Positions 54,273-64,000 of a stretch of 64,000 bases of DNA are shown in pieces. Numbering within the stretch: position 1 is the stretch's first letter; every line of letters begins with the position of its first letter. The stretch is taken from positions 434,001-498,000 of the forward strand of contig OZ025653.1 in assembly GCA_964019335.1 (NCBI GenBank). The letters are read 5' to 3'. The translations under genes and the position numbers were made by a program. Under the pieces are notes generated by a model that saw nothing but the letters and a program-made list of their open reading frames with translations, was not told the DNA's origin and made no database searches. This DNA comes from Diplonema japonicum (Eukaryota; Protista; Euglenozoa: Diplonemea).

Positions 54273-55055
54273 TCAGAGGTTCACGACCAGTCTGGGGAAT
54301 GCCTTGAAGAATTTGTTTTTTATGTTCAAAATGAGCCAGATCATGTTTAGCAGGGACAACAATAAGGTGGCAAGACGGCACCGAACAGGCATGAGTCCCC
54401 ATGCGTTCGATACCGATGGTGGGGTGTCGGGATCTTGAATAGCCGAAAAGCTCTTAAGAAGCACGAGAAGCCCCACCTGCCTGAGGCCGATAAACAATGA
54501 AAGGAAGGAAACAAGGGTCGCACGATAAATTTTCGATGTAGGAGGATACGCTATCTTGTCAAGACCCCACAAGATATGTTGGAAAATTGTTGAAAGATTT
54601 GCAACGAGGATCCAAGCAGATACCCAATCCGTATTCTTTGTCACCCTTGCTTCCCTCCATTTCAGGTAGGACACCATAGACATCATGGGCACCAAGTGAT
54701 GCAGCTGAAACCCCACCAACAGCAACGATGTGCCCTTTTTATGCCGGCTGCTGATCATATCAATGACAGAGTCGTACATGTAGTAACCAGATTCCCAGCC
54801 TGTCATTTTCGTCAGTGTTTTATTTTTATTCTCCCTGTAGCCTTCTGCGTCCATTTTTTCAATTTCCTGAGCGCTTCGGTACCCGTAGTAACCGCTGGCT
54901 ACTGAATGCACGCATTGCATCGTTTTTGCCGCCCACTTGTGTCGTTCCACATGGCTTGTCATTCCATTTGCTTTCAGTATCAAATCGCCTGCCTTGTACA
55001 CCGCCGTACCCACTGCTATACTCTTCATTGTCTCGCCTCTCCATGTCGCGTCCAT
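54273..55055 (-). CDS. TLC (TRAM/LAG1/CLN8)-domain membrane protein
   Basis: CVHS, GYYMYD, LHH and NLSTIF, plus hydrophobic helices ending LNMIW. Confidence 0.7.
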   Translation of the reverse strand: MDATWRGETMKSIAVGTAVYKAGDLILKANGMTSHVERHKWAAKTMQCVHSVASGYYGYRSAQEIEKMDAEGYRENKNKTLTKMTGWESGYYMYDSVIDMISSRHKKGTSLLLVGFQLHHLVPMMSMVSYLKWREARVTKNTDWVSAWILVANLSTIFQHILWGLDKIAYPPTSKIYRATLVSFLSLFIGLRQVGLLVLLKSFSAIQDPDTPPSVSNAWGLMPVRCRLATLLLSLLNMIWLILNIKNKFFKAFPRLVVNL

Positions 55056-55459
55056 GGCGGAACAGAAGTCCCTTTGCCCTGCCCTGTGGGTACTATTTTT
55101 TGAAAAGAACAGGAACGGGGGGGGGGGGGGGGGGGGAGAAAATCAAAAAAACTGTACTGAGAAACTTTGAACTTTTAAATGGAAAGGGTTGTTGACAGCC
55201 TTCCTCAAGGGGCATGTCGTAGAGGATAGCAAGGGATGCTTAGAAAAGCCTCCCATGAAGAACAAACAAAAAAAAACTATTCCTTTAAGGTATGCGTTTT
55301 TGCGCTCACCGGCCAAAAAAAAAAAGAGACTATTTAAGGATGCTTGCAGTATGTGGCAGGGCGCCCTGCTCAAGCATAGTCTACTTGATTACAGGGCGCG
55401 CCTCGGCCTAGCTGTAGCTTCTTCTGCGTTCCGCGTCGTGTCCTTAATGCGTGCGGTGT

Positions 55460-58400
55460 TCAACTCAACCCCAGCCAGGGAGCCCCTGGTAACCAAGATT
55501 CTGAACCCGTTACAGTTTGCTGCCTGTTCGTCACCCTGAGCACCTGCAATACGTTCTGGGCGCTACCGGTGCAACAGCGAACAACACATCTGATGTACTT
55601 CTTTATATTTCCATATTTCTGTGTTCCCCACCCAAGAAAAGCTTCATTTCTTAAAAGGAGGTGTTGCCGGCCGTTGCTTGTATGTTGCGGAGCATATGGG
55701 TGATGGCCTAAAGTGTTGTCCTCCCCCCCCCCCCCCCCCCTGTTCCATACCTCCATTGCGTTCTCAGGTGGTTTCGCCTGCCGCCATGTCCGCCAGGGCG
55801 CGGGGGGTACAGGGGGTTTAGGAACGGGTGATTCCTTGGGAAGCCCCCGAGATGCACCATTTCGCTTCAATTTGTAAACTGGTTTTCCTCGCTTTTTCTT
55901 TACACTTGTAGGCCTTCTCGGGTAGTATCGAAGCGAGTCGGGGAATTCATCCTCCAAAGGAGGCCACGGCCGGTCTTCAAGAGCACACCTATTGTGCACT
56001 ACACGGGGTGGTTCCATTGCCATCTTCGCCTTCATCAAATGCTTGGCTTTGAACGTTGTCACCGGCCCAGTCTGAGACTGCACAGGAGGGGCTTCAACGA
56101 CCTGCCACTCGCTTAATGGACGCTTCCGTGCAATGTGTGCATAGAGGCAGATGCTGTTGAAGCTTTGATAGAATTGTTTGAGGGACTTGTCTGAGATGGT
56201 CTGCGAGAGCTTCGACGTTTTGATCCAGCTGCGCACCCAGCTGAGCACCTTGAGGCACAGCTGGTCCGCAGCGTTGATATATCTCAACAGATAGCTCTCC
56301 TCTTGCTGTGTGGTAGAGAATGCTGCAGGTGGGTATGGCTTCTCCGGGAGGTTAGCAGGAAGGCTGAACCCTTCGAGACAAGCTCCTGTGCGGTTCAAGC
56401 TTCCCAATGCCTCACGCTGCGCAGCTGCCTCGTTTCGCAGCAAAGTCATGGTCTCCTCTGCGATGACACGCTCTCGGATATCGTGCGAGACGTGGTTGGG
56501 CCGTGGCGACACAGGGTCGCACACCTGCACGGGGAAGCTCGCAACACCTCCGTCCTGAAACACAATGCGTGTGCCCCCTGCACCTATACACACCACCTCG
56601 CCAATACAGCCCACGTACCGTACCCGCCTCTCCTTCCCTTCGACTGTGTCCTTGCACAGGTCTCCAACCGTCTCAGGAGCTAGTCTAATACACACGCAGT
56701 CTCCGTGGACGGAAGGGGTGTTCACATTATGTCTTATGCCACTTCTGCTGCTCAGCAGCGCGATCAGCGACATCCTCTCACTGACGTCATCGATCTTCGG
56801 TAGGGACAGACTCGACGGGAGATTCGTATCTGCACGCCAGCCGTTCGCCACCCACCACTTGATACCAGCCACAGGCGATGCACGGTTCGAGTATGGACTC
56901 GGTGGTGGCGTGGGCGGCCGTGACGATGCACCCACAATGCTAATAGCAGCCACCTGGTGCCATGTTCCTGTTACAGGAATTGCACAGACAGACGAGACCC
57001 AACCCTTCATCCTGTGCGGCCCACCGCCGTAGGACATCGTGTCACTCCGCAACCACCCTTTGCCTGCCTCCATCTCCTCGGAGGTCATTGACACCAGCCA
57101 GTACTTCTTCTGCAGTGATATTCTCATGTTCCCGTTGCCCCACACAGGACCTTCTGTAAACCCAAGAAACGTGTACGTGCCTGCAAAAGGCGTGTTGACG
57201 CCTGCTGCAGACACGATCAGTGCATCGGGTACATCAGTTGTGTCCACTACAGGTTGGGGGGCCTTCTTCTTCGTGGTGGACTCGTCGTCTGCCTGGCACA
57301 CAGCAAGCAAGGCCTTTAGGTCCTTTGTGCCTTTCAGGATCGTGAATATATCCGTGAACGTCTTCTCCGACCACACAGCAACAGGAGTGTATACTACCTT
57401 CTTGCGTGTTGAGCTTGCAACCGCCTCCCGCTCTGCGTCGTTAAGATTGCACAGCGCACACCGTGCCTCGTACTCTGTCTTCAGAACGCCCTCCCTGCGG
57501 ACAACATCCCTTGCAACCCCACGGGCAGCCTCGATTTTGCTGTCCCAATGCTCTCCATCACGAGACAGCACTGCAGCCTTCTGCAATTCTTCCAGCTCCG
57601 GCAATGTCCGTCCTGCGGCCATTTTGCTTTCTGCAAGCTTCCGTGTCTCCTTCTTCATCCATAGTTCTACTTGTCTAAGCAACCTTTGCTTGAACGTGGC
57701 ATACATGTAAAGCTCCCGTTGTTCTCTCTCAGGCTTCGCAACCACCTGCAAGCAGAAATTCCGTGCGGCCGCTTGCTCCTTCATCTTGTGCATTGCCTCT
57801 AATCCCCGTTGCGCTACTTTGTCGGCTGTTCGTTCGAGCTGCTGCAGCTGCTCCATCAAGACGGTTCTGTCGTTGAGGGAGGTGTGGTACGTACCTTCCG
57901 TCGACTCGTGCTGTTCAAGGGTCAGCTCCAGCTGTTCTAGTAGCGACATCTTCTGCTGGATGTTGGTGATGGTGCCCTCCTGCATGGTATTCAGTTCCTC
58001 CCGGATGGCTTTGACTTTCTGTTCGTGTTGTCTCTCGAGCTCCCGCACCTTGAGGCTAGCTTCCTTGACGGAGCCACGCAGAGCTTGTTCCTGCACCATC
58101 CGGCTGCGTTCTGCACGAAAGCGGTCTTTCTCTGTGCTGATGACCTTGTTGAGGGGCGTGGCGGAGAAGGAAGCAGTCTTCAAGGCCCTTTTCTTCTTCT
58201 CCTCCTCCTCTTTCTTCCTAGCATAGTACCCTCGGACGAGGGAGTCCTCTTCTTGTGTCAGCGTGTGCTCGGTGATTTTCTCATCGAGGTTTTGTATAAT
58301 GTTTACATGTGTTGTGGTGAAGATCTTGAGGGTTTGGTTGAGCTCGAGAAGCATGGTTTCGATCTCTTCAGGCCGGTGTTGCTGCTCGCTTTCCAGCCTC

Positions 58401-59020
58401 GCCTCTACCAGGGCGACGCAACGGCTCTTCTCCAAACGGATAATCTTCTTGTCGAACTTCTTCCGTTTTTCATTGTACAACTTCGCCTGTTCGTGCCGAG
58501 CCTTCAGGAATTCATGTAAATACTCTTTCTTCTCAATGGCTTTTTCTTGAAGATCTCTTTCTTCTGTCTCGGTGTACGGCTGGTTCGTGGGGACAGACAC
58601 CCTTCGCGCACCTGCGGAAGGGGTATATTGTAGTGAGATGTCTTCATGCAAGCTCGCTTCTTTTTTCAAAGCATTAATCCCTCTTAGAATTCTGAGGTCG
58701 TCAGGCGACAAGGCTGCGGATTGCAGTCTTTCTGCGAACGATTCCTGGATATCCGCGAGCATTTCTTGTTTATCCTGAATCTCCACAACCAGCTTTTCCT
58801 TCTCCTCCAAGATCACGAGCCGCTCTCCTGGTGGCTTTGTCTCGGACAGCCTCACGGAAATAGTGTCAAGTTTTTTTCGCATTTCTTTTATCTCCGTCAT
58901 CACCTCTTTCATTTTCACGTCTCGCTCCGTCTTCAATCTTCCTATCTCTTCCACTGACTGGAGAACTCTCTTTAACTCATAGTCATCAGCAACAGGGATC
59001 GACGCTTTACGGCCGTTCAT
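55460..59020 (-). CDS. Large coiled-coil protein of unknown function (3' end uncertain)
   Basis: 1186-aa ORF. A probable GTATGG...poly(G)...TTAG intron near 55750-55708 would change the C-terminus to AITHMLRNIQATAGNTSF*. Confidence 0.75.
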   Translation of the reverse strand: MNGRKASIPVADDYELKRVLQSVEEIGRLKTERDVKMKEVMTEIKEMRKKLDTISVRLSETKPPGERLVILEEKEKLVVEIQDKQEMLADIQESFAERLQSAALSPDDLRILRGINALKKEASLHEDISLQYTPSAGARRVSVPTNQPYTETEERDLQEKAIEKKEYLHEFLKARHEQAKLYNEKRKKFDKKIIRLEKSRCVALVEARLESEQQHRPEEIETMLLELNQTLKIFTTTHVNIIQNLDEKITEHTLTQEEDSLVRGYYARKKEEEEKKKRALKTASFSATPLNKVISTEKDRFRAERSRMVQEQALRGSVKEASLKVRELERQHEQKVKAIREELNTMQEGTITNIQQKMSLLEQLELTLEQHESTEGTYHTSLNDRTVLMEQLQQLERTADKVAQRGLEAMHKMKEQAAARNFCLQVVAKPEREQRELYMYATFKQRLLRQVELWMKKETRKLAESKMAAGRTLPELEELQKAAVLSRDGEHWDSKIEAARGVARDVVRREGVLKTEYEARCALCNLNDAEREAVASSTRKKVVYTPVAVWSEKTFTDIFTILKGTKDLKALLAVCQADDESTTKKKAPQPVVDTTDVPDALIVSAAGVNTPFAGTYTFLGFTEGPVWGNGNMRISLQKKYWLVSMTSEEMEAGKGWLRSDTMSYGGGPHRMKGWVSSVCAIPVTGTWHQVAAISIVGASSRPPTPPPSPYSNRASPVAGIKWWVANGWRADTNLPSSLSLPKIDDVSERMSLIALLSSRSGIRHNVNTPSVHGDCVCIRLAPETVGDLCKDTVEGKERRVRYVGCIGEVVCIGAGGTRIVFQDGGVASFPVQVCDPVSPRPNHVSHDIRERVIAEETMTLLRNEAAAQREALGSLNRTGACLEGFSLPANLPEKPYPPAAFSTTQQEESYLLRYINAADQLCLKVLSWVRSWIKTSKLSQTISDKSLKQFYQSFNSICLYAHIARKRPLSEWQVVEAPPVQSQTGPVTTFKAKHLMKAKMAMEPPRVVHNRCALEDRPWPPLEDEFPDSLRYYPRRPTSVKKKRGKPVYKLKRNGASRGLPKESPVPKPPVPPAPWRTWRQAKPPENAMEVWNRGGGGGEDNTLGHHPYAPQHTSNGRQHLLLRNEAFLGWGTQKYGNIKKYIRCVVRCCTGSAQNVLQVLRVTNRQQTVTGSESWLPGAPWLGLS

Positions 59021-59761
59021 ATAAGGAAAATATTACTTTTTCCCGTTCTGAGGAAACTTTCGGGTAGAGGAGACGGGAATAAAAAAGAGGGGGGGGAAAA
59101 AAAACACGTAGCAATAAGAAGGGAAGAGGAAGGAGAAAGGGGGGAAAAGGGGGGAGAAAAAAAAAGCAGATGGGGGGGGGAGGGGGAGAGGGATACATGG
59201 GTAGCAAAGAAGGTTTGTGCGTGGCGATATTGCAGGGTAAAATAAATAAAAAACTTAGACTTTCTTCTTCTTTTTTTTTCTCCTCTTTTTTTTTTTTTTT
59301 TTTTTTTTGGGGCGTAGAGGGCGGTATGGAAAAGAGCAGTGTCTCCAGAGCCCAATTTTGTATAAAAGTTTTTATGTGTGTCACTGTATCGAATGCGAGA
59401 AAAAAAAGAAAAAAAGAAAGAACAAGATACACCATACATCTACTGTTATCCTTGAATCTCCACACCTTCTCAAAATCCAATGCACCCTCCCCCCTCCACA
59501 CCCTCTTCCTCCCGTTTTTTTTTTTAAAAAAAAGAAAGCCATACGTTCATCACTATTAAAGGGGCAGAGAAGCACTGTGTGGAAGAAAGGAAAAGGGGGG
59601 GGGGAAAGAAAAATAATTAGGTGAGTGAAAGAAGTTACCTCGAAGTCAAAAAAAAGGGGGGGAGATGGGGGAGAAAAAAAAAAGAAAAGAAAAAAAGGGA
59701 AGAACGTATGGAAATTTTCGACACACAATATAAAAAAAAAAAAAAAAAAGGCAGGACATTA

Positions 59762-61227
59762 CTATTTGTAATCAGCAAGGGCGTTGTTGGCGGCAGACTG
59801 GGCCTCTTCGACAGCCTTAGGGTCCTCACCGATAATGGAGACAGTGATGGTTGCGTCAACAGGGATTTCCTTTGACCTGTCGGTCCTGGGAATGTGGAAC
59901 ATCACCTCAAAATCGCGCTCTATACCAGACACGGTCATTCCACCACGGCCCAGAAGACGGCCCACCTTGTTTTGTTCAACGTCGAACTTCGTCATCATCT
60001 TTGCGACACCCTCTGCAAGGTCCTCAAGTGTCTCTCTTGCCTTTGCCACGCCCTCCTTTGTCCCGATCAGCTCAACCCTTTTGCTCTCTCCCCTGAAGTC
60101 CGCAGTAACCTCCTCCACGCCTTCAATGTTCCTCACCTTGTCCAACCTAGTCCTCACCCCTCTTGCGCCCCTTTGGTTCAAGTTCACAGTCAGGTACCTC
60201 ACGATTGCCTGGTCAATCATCAACACATCCTTCTCCATCCCAGTGAAGTCAAGCGCCGCCCTTTTTTTTTTTTTTTTTTTTTTTTGTAATTTCATACTTC
60301 AGTTCATCCCTGCACTTTTTGATGGCGTCCTTTGGTCCCCTGATGGTCACTGTCAGCCCAGCTGTATTTTTTCTTAGTTGTATTTTCTTTTTTTGTTGTC
60401 GTTCATACGAAGATCAGCCTGCACCCTGTCACAGTTGTATTTCAGTCTCAGCTGCTCGAGCAAGCACAGCCCGTCGCGTCTTCTGTCAGGCTTTGCGTTG
60501 GGATCAGCGTGTTCTTCCTTTTCTTTCTCCTGCTCCTCTTCGGCCTCTGTCTTCTTCACGGGACGGCGGCGGATAAGGAAGTTGTGCATCTTTGCCTTGT
60601 ACGGCACCTTCACCTCCTCTCGCACGTTCTCCTGTTGTTAACATGTTATTGTTGTTATTGTTGTTTTCTTCTGTCATACAGCAATGATAGTATTGACCAG
60701 CTTCCTTGCGAGCTCAATATTCTCCTTCGACCCTGCGATCTTCACGGTGTCCTTTGACACGTCCAAGATGCACTTGGTCTCTGCCTGGATGTGGTTGACC
60801 CTCTCGCCCTTCGTTCCGATGATGACGTGGTGCGGGACGTTGAAGGGGATGTGCACAGTACCGCACTCCTTCATCCCCTCAAGGAAGTCGGTGATCTCTG
60901 TCTTTGCCTTCTCAACGCACTCACCCTTGCCCATGATGCTGATCTTCTTGGCTTCCTGATCGACCTTGATCAGCCTGCACTGGTACTCCTCCTGCCACTG
61001 CTTCATCAAGGAGACCCTCATGATGGAAGCTGTTTGTGTGTTTTATAAGAGAGCAAAAAGAAGGGAAGAGGCCATCATACCAGCGTTGGGGCCGAATGTG
61101 ACTTCGGTGCGGACGGAGTTCGCTTTGAACTCCTTGATGAGCTCGATGGCTGCCTCGACATTCTCTCTGCTGCCGATGACAACAACCTTGCCCTGCCCCC
61201 TCGTGTAGTTGATGTTTGTGCCGGACT

Positions 61228-61259
<32 letters not shown>

Positions 61260-61790
61260 TTGTGTAAAGTTTCGTACCCTAGTCTGGAGGAGCTGGATTT
61301 GCGACCCACCGGACCCAATGAACTCGCCCCCGCATTCGGGGTCGATCTCGATCTCCTCCACGTACTGTGAGTGTGTATTTGTTGTGTTGTAGCTCTGCAT
61401 ACCCTGTTCTCGGCAGCCTTCTGCAAGATCTCCCCCACAGCGCTTGCGCAGTCTGCGCACTCGCTCCCCTTGATGACAACCTCGCCTTCCATCCTCCTTA
61501 CATCAATCACGACTCCGAAGTCCTCCTCAATCTGCCTCACAGTAGCGCCACCCGGCCCCACAATGTCGCTTATCAGATTCTTGTCCACCTCAAGCGTCTT
61601 CTTCGGGATGGCCTCGTTGATTGTCCTGATCTTCATCTCCAGCACATTCCTCTCCTCGCTCTGGAGTTTTTTTTTTTTAGAGGGGAAAAAAAAAAGGGGT
61701 GGGGAACCTTAGCGTTGATCTTCTGGGACTTCTCCCTAACTGGGCCTGTCTGGAATTCCTCCATCTTTTTATCTTTTTTCTGTGTGATTT

Positions 61791-61822
<32 letters not shown>

Positions 61823-62678
61823 TTTCCCTTCCTGTTTTGAAGGATATCCATACCGCCCTCTCTGCTTGGATGGACGCCACGATCTCGTTGATTTCCGTGT
61901 TGATCTTAGCCTTCTTTGCGTCCTTGGCATCCCTTTCCTCTGGCTTGGGCACGGGGTACTTGGTGTCGAGCTCTTTGTTGAGCCTTTCCTTGTCCTTCTG
62001 CAGCTGGGCTTTTTCGGCGGCCTTCTTGATGGCAATGGTTTCGTACTCAGAAAGCTTCTTGACAGCTTCGTCAAGGGCAGTCTTGGAGGTGTGGTAGGCG
62101 GTGATCTTGTCTTTCGACTGCTGCAACTGGCGGCGTTCCTTGCGAAGCTGCTTGATGACAGAATCGTGGTTTTTCTCCTCAGCGGACTTCAGCTTCTTCT
62201 CAAGCGCCTTCATGGAGTGGTCGATGTCCATGTGGGACTTGTGAGTGAGGGCGCTTTGGGTGGCGGTGACCTGTTTCTTGAGAGTTTCGATCTTTTTCCC
62301 AGCAGACTCGATCTCACCGAGGAGAGATCTGCATTCCCTTTCCACCGGTTCCAGGTCAAACACAACAAGCTTAATTCTGTCCATGATGAGATTTCTGTTG
62401 ATCCTTGACTTTTGGTCGCCGTCTGTGAGGCTCTGCATCTTGCCGTGGAGGACGTCCTTTTCCCTGTGGAGCTGGTCAAGCTTGTCGTCGAAAGCGTTGA
62501 GCATACTCTTCTGCTTCGGGTTCTCCTCCTTCATGAGTGTGTCCTTTTCCGTCCTGAGCTTCTTGAGTTCCGTTCGCACCTCAACAAGCTGCTTCGTGAC
62601 CTCTTTCTCCTCCAAAAACTTCTGCAACACCGACTCATCCCGCACATGTTCAAAGCTCTGATTCATTTTCAGTGCCAT
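59762..62678 (-). CDS. Coiled-coil plus multi-KH-domain RNA-binding protein, ~840 aa (8 introns)
   Basis: GxxG KH motifs (IVGPGG, FIGSGG, IIGTKG, LLGRGG); introns 61853-61780, 61707-61661, 61402-61365, 61277-61226, 61080-61030, 60679-60632, 60408-60362 and 60297-60261; exons sum to 2523 nt. Confidence 0.85.
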
Positions 62679-63826
62679 CTTTTTATATTTCTTTTTTTTT
62701 TTTTTTTTTTTATATTTCTAGGGAATCGTTACTGTTAGCATGGGCGGACAAGAATAACCACACATAGATTGGAAAAGAAAGAAAAATCGAGTGAGGGGGG
62801 GGGGGGGGGGTAATAAGAAAAAAAGGAGACGAATGCTTTTTTTTGGGGGGGGAGGGGATAGGGTTTTGCCTTTTGTTCATCTCCTTGTTCAATTTGTGTG
62901 AAAAAAAAAGAGGGGGAGGACGGAAGGGGAGAAAAAAAAAGAAGTAAAAATAAAAAAAAGAAGAAAAAAAAACAGGGCATTTTCTTTTTTTTCCCATATA
63001 TTCTTCTGGAAAAGATGGGGAATGGCATCGCATAAAAACAAAGGAATAAAAATTAAAATAAAAAGGAAGGGAGGCGGGCAGGGGGAGAGGGGGGGACGTG
63101 TAGGACCGACGAAGAGCTGAGCGGGACTTGTTTTCCTTATTCTTTTTTTTTCTTACCCCCATCCCCCTATTTTTCCCCCCCCTCTTAGGTTCTTCACTAC
63201 CCTTTTAACACTGTGCCATATTCTTTTTTTTGTATCAGTTAGCACCCACCAAGTCTGGGGAGGGGAGGCAGGGGAAAATAAAAATAAAATAAAAAAGTGG
63301 GGTTTCTTTTTTTTTCTTTTTTTTTTCCTTCCTTTTTTTTCTCGAGGAAGATGACACCTGAGCAGGAACACGCAAGCAAGGTACGTCATTTATTTCTTTT
63401 TAAAAAAAAAATGAAAATTTTATCCCCCCCTCCCCCTCCCCATCCGTTGTCACAACAACGTTGTAATAAAGTTGTGTTACTGTGTCCCCCCCCCCCCCCC
63501 CCCTCGTCTTATTTGTCCTGCTTCATCTCCGTGCAGTTAAGCAGTGCCGAGGGGGGGAGAGATTGTTAAAAGTTCAAAACATGCACAAGATGCGTGAAGA
63601 AGAAAAAAAAAAATAATAGTAAAAAACCAGCAAGGAAACAAAAACAAAAAACAAGATAAAAAGATGCACAGGGGGGGGGGGGGGGGGGGGGGGGGGTGTT
63701 TGGGGGTGAGGGGGGAATGAAAAGTCAATCGAGTCCCGCGCAGCTTGCCCAATTTCTTTTTTTAAAAGTGACATCAGCCCACTAGTATAGCACAAAAAAA
63801 AATTTTCTTTCGTGTTTTTTTGTCAC

Positions 63827-63830
<4 letters not shown>

Positions 63831-63863
<33 letters not shown>

Positions 63864-63887
63864 CCCCCCCCCCCCCCCCCCCCCCCC
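63831..63887. repeat. (CT)n microsatellite followed by poly(C)
   Basis: Read directly. Confidence 0.9.
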
Positions 63888-64000
63888 AACAACAGGTTTC
63901 TTCGTGAAAAGAAAAAATATCAGACCCAAAGAAAAGAACACACTTCCCATCCCCCCTGATAAAATGACATTGTCCCACCCCACATTCTTTTATTTTTTTT

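Noticed and set aside
10801-62678. Frameshifts, RNA editing or non-canonical introns to explain split ORFs
   Set aside because: Every break I examined resolves with a canonical GT-AG intron in the correct phase.
1-64000. CRISPR array, rRNA or SL-RNA gene
   Set aside because: No regularly spaced repeats or recognisable conserved sequences.

Overview
Eukaryotic nuclear DNA. All 22 host protein-coding gene models lie on the minus strand, head to tail. Some spacers are very short (45-127 nt) and some have a poly(Y)-CAG acceptor just before the ATG. This suggests a polycistronic, SL trans-splicing euglenozoan, probably diplonemid-like (inference). Many genes are split by tiny GT-AG introns (33-77 nt, mostly GTATG donors); I reconstructed 33 by hand. 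Many of these introns carry poly(A) rather than poly(Y) before the AG. Non-coding DNA is dominated by A/T/G/C homopolymers. Two introns are inflated by mobile elements. (1) A 6.6-kb full-length LINE is bounded by poly(T) on both sides and has no poly(A) tail. Its OTU-protease ORF1 and APE-RT ORF2 are in the same frame, separated by a single TGA. Its 5' junction forms a T21-CAG splice acceptor 41 nt before ORF1, and it sits directly upstream of an older, deleted relative in the same intron. (2) A 2.13-kb element with 24-bp TIRs and a TTA duplication lies in the MCU gene and carries tRNA-like Pol III units near both ends. A ~118-nt potentially structured repeat occurs three times in intergenic DNA. 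All gene models are hand-derived and no database searches were run.
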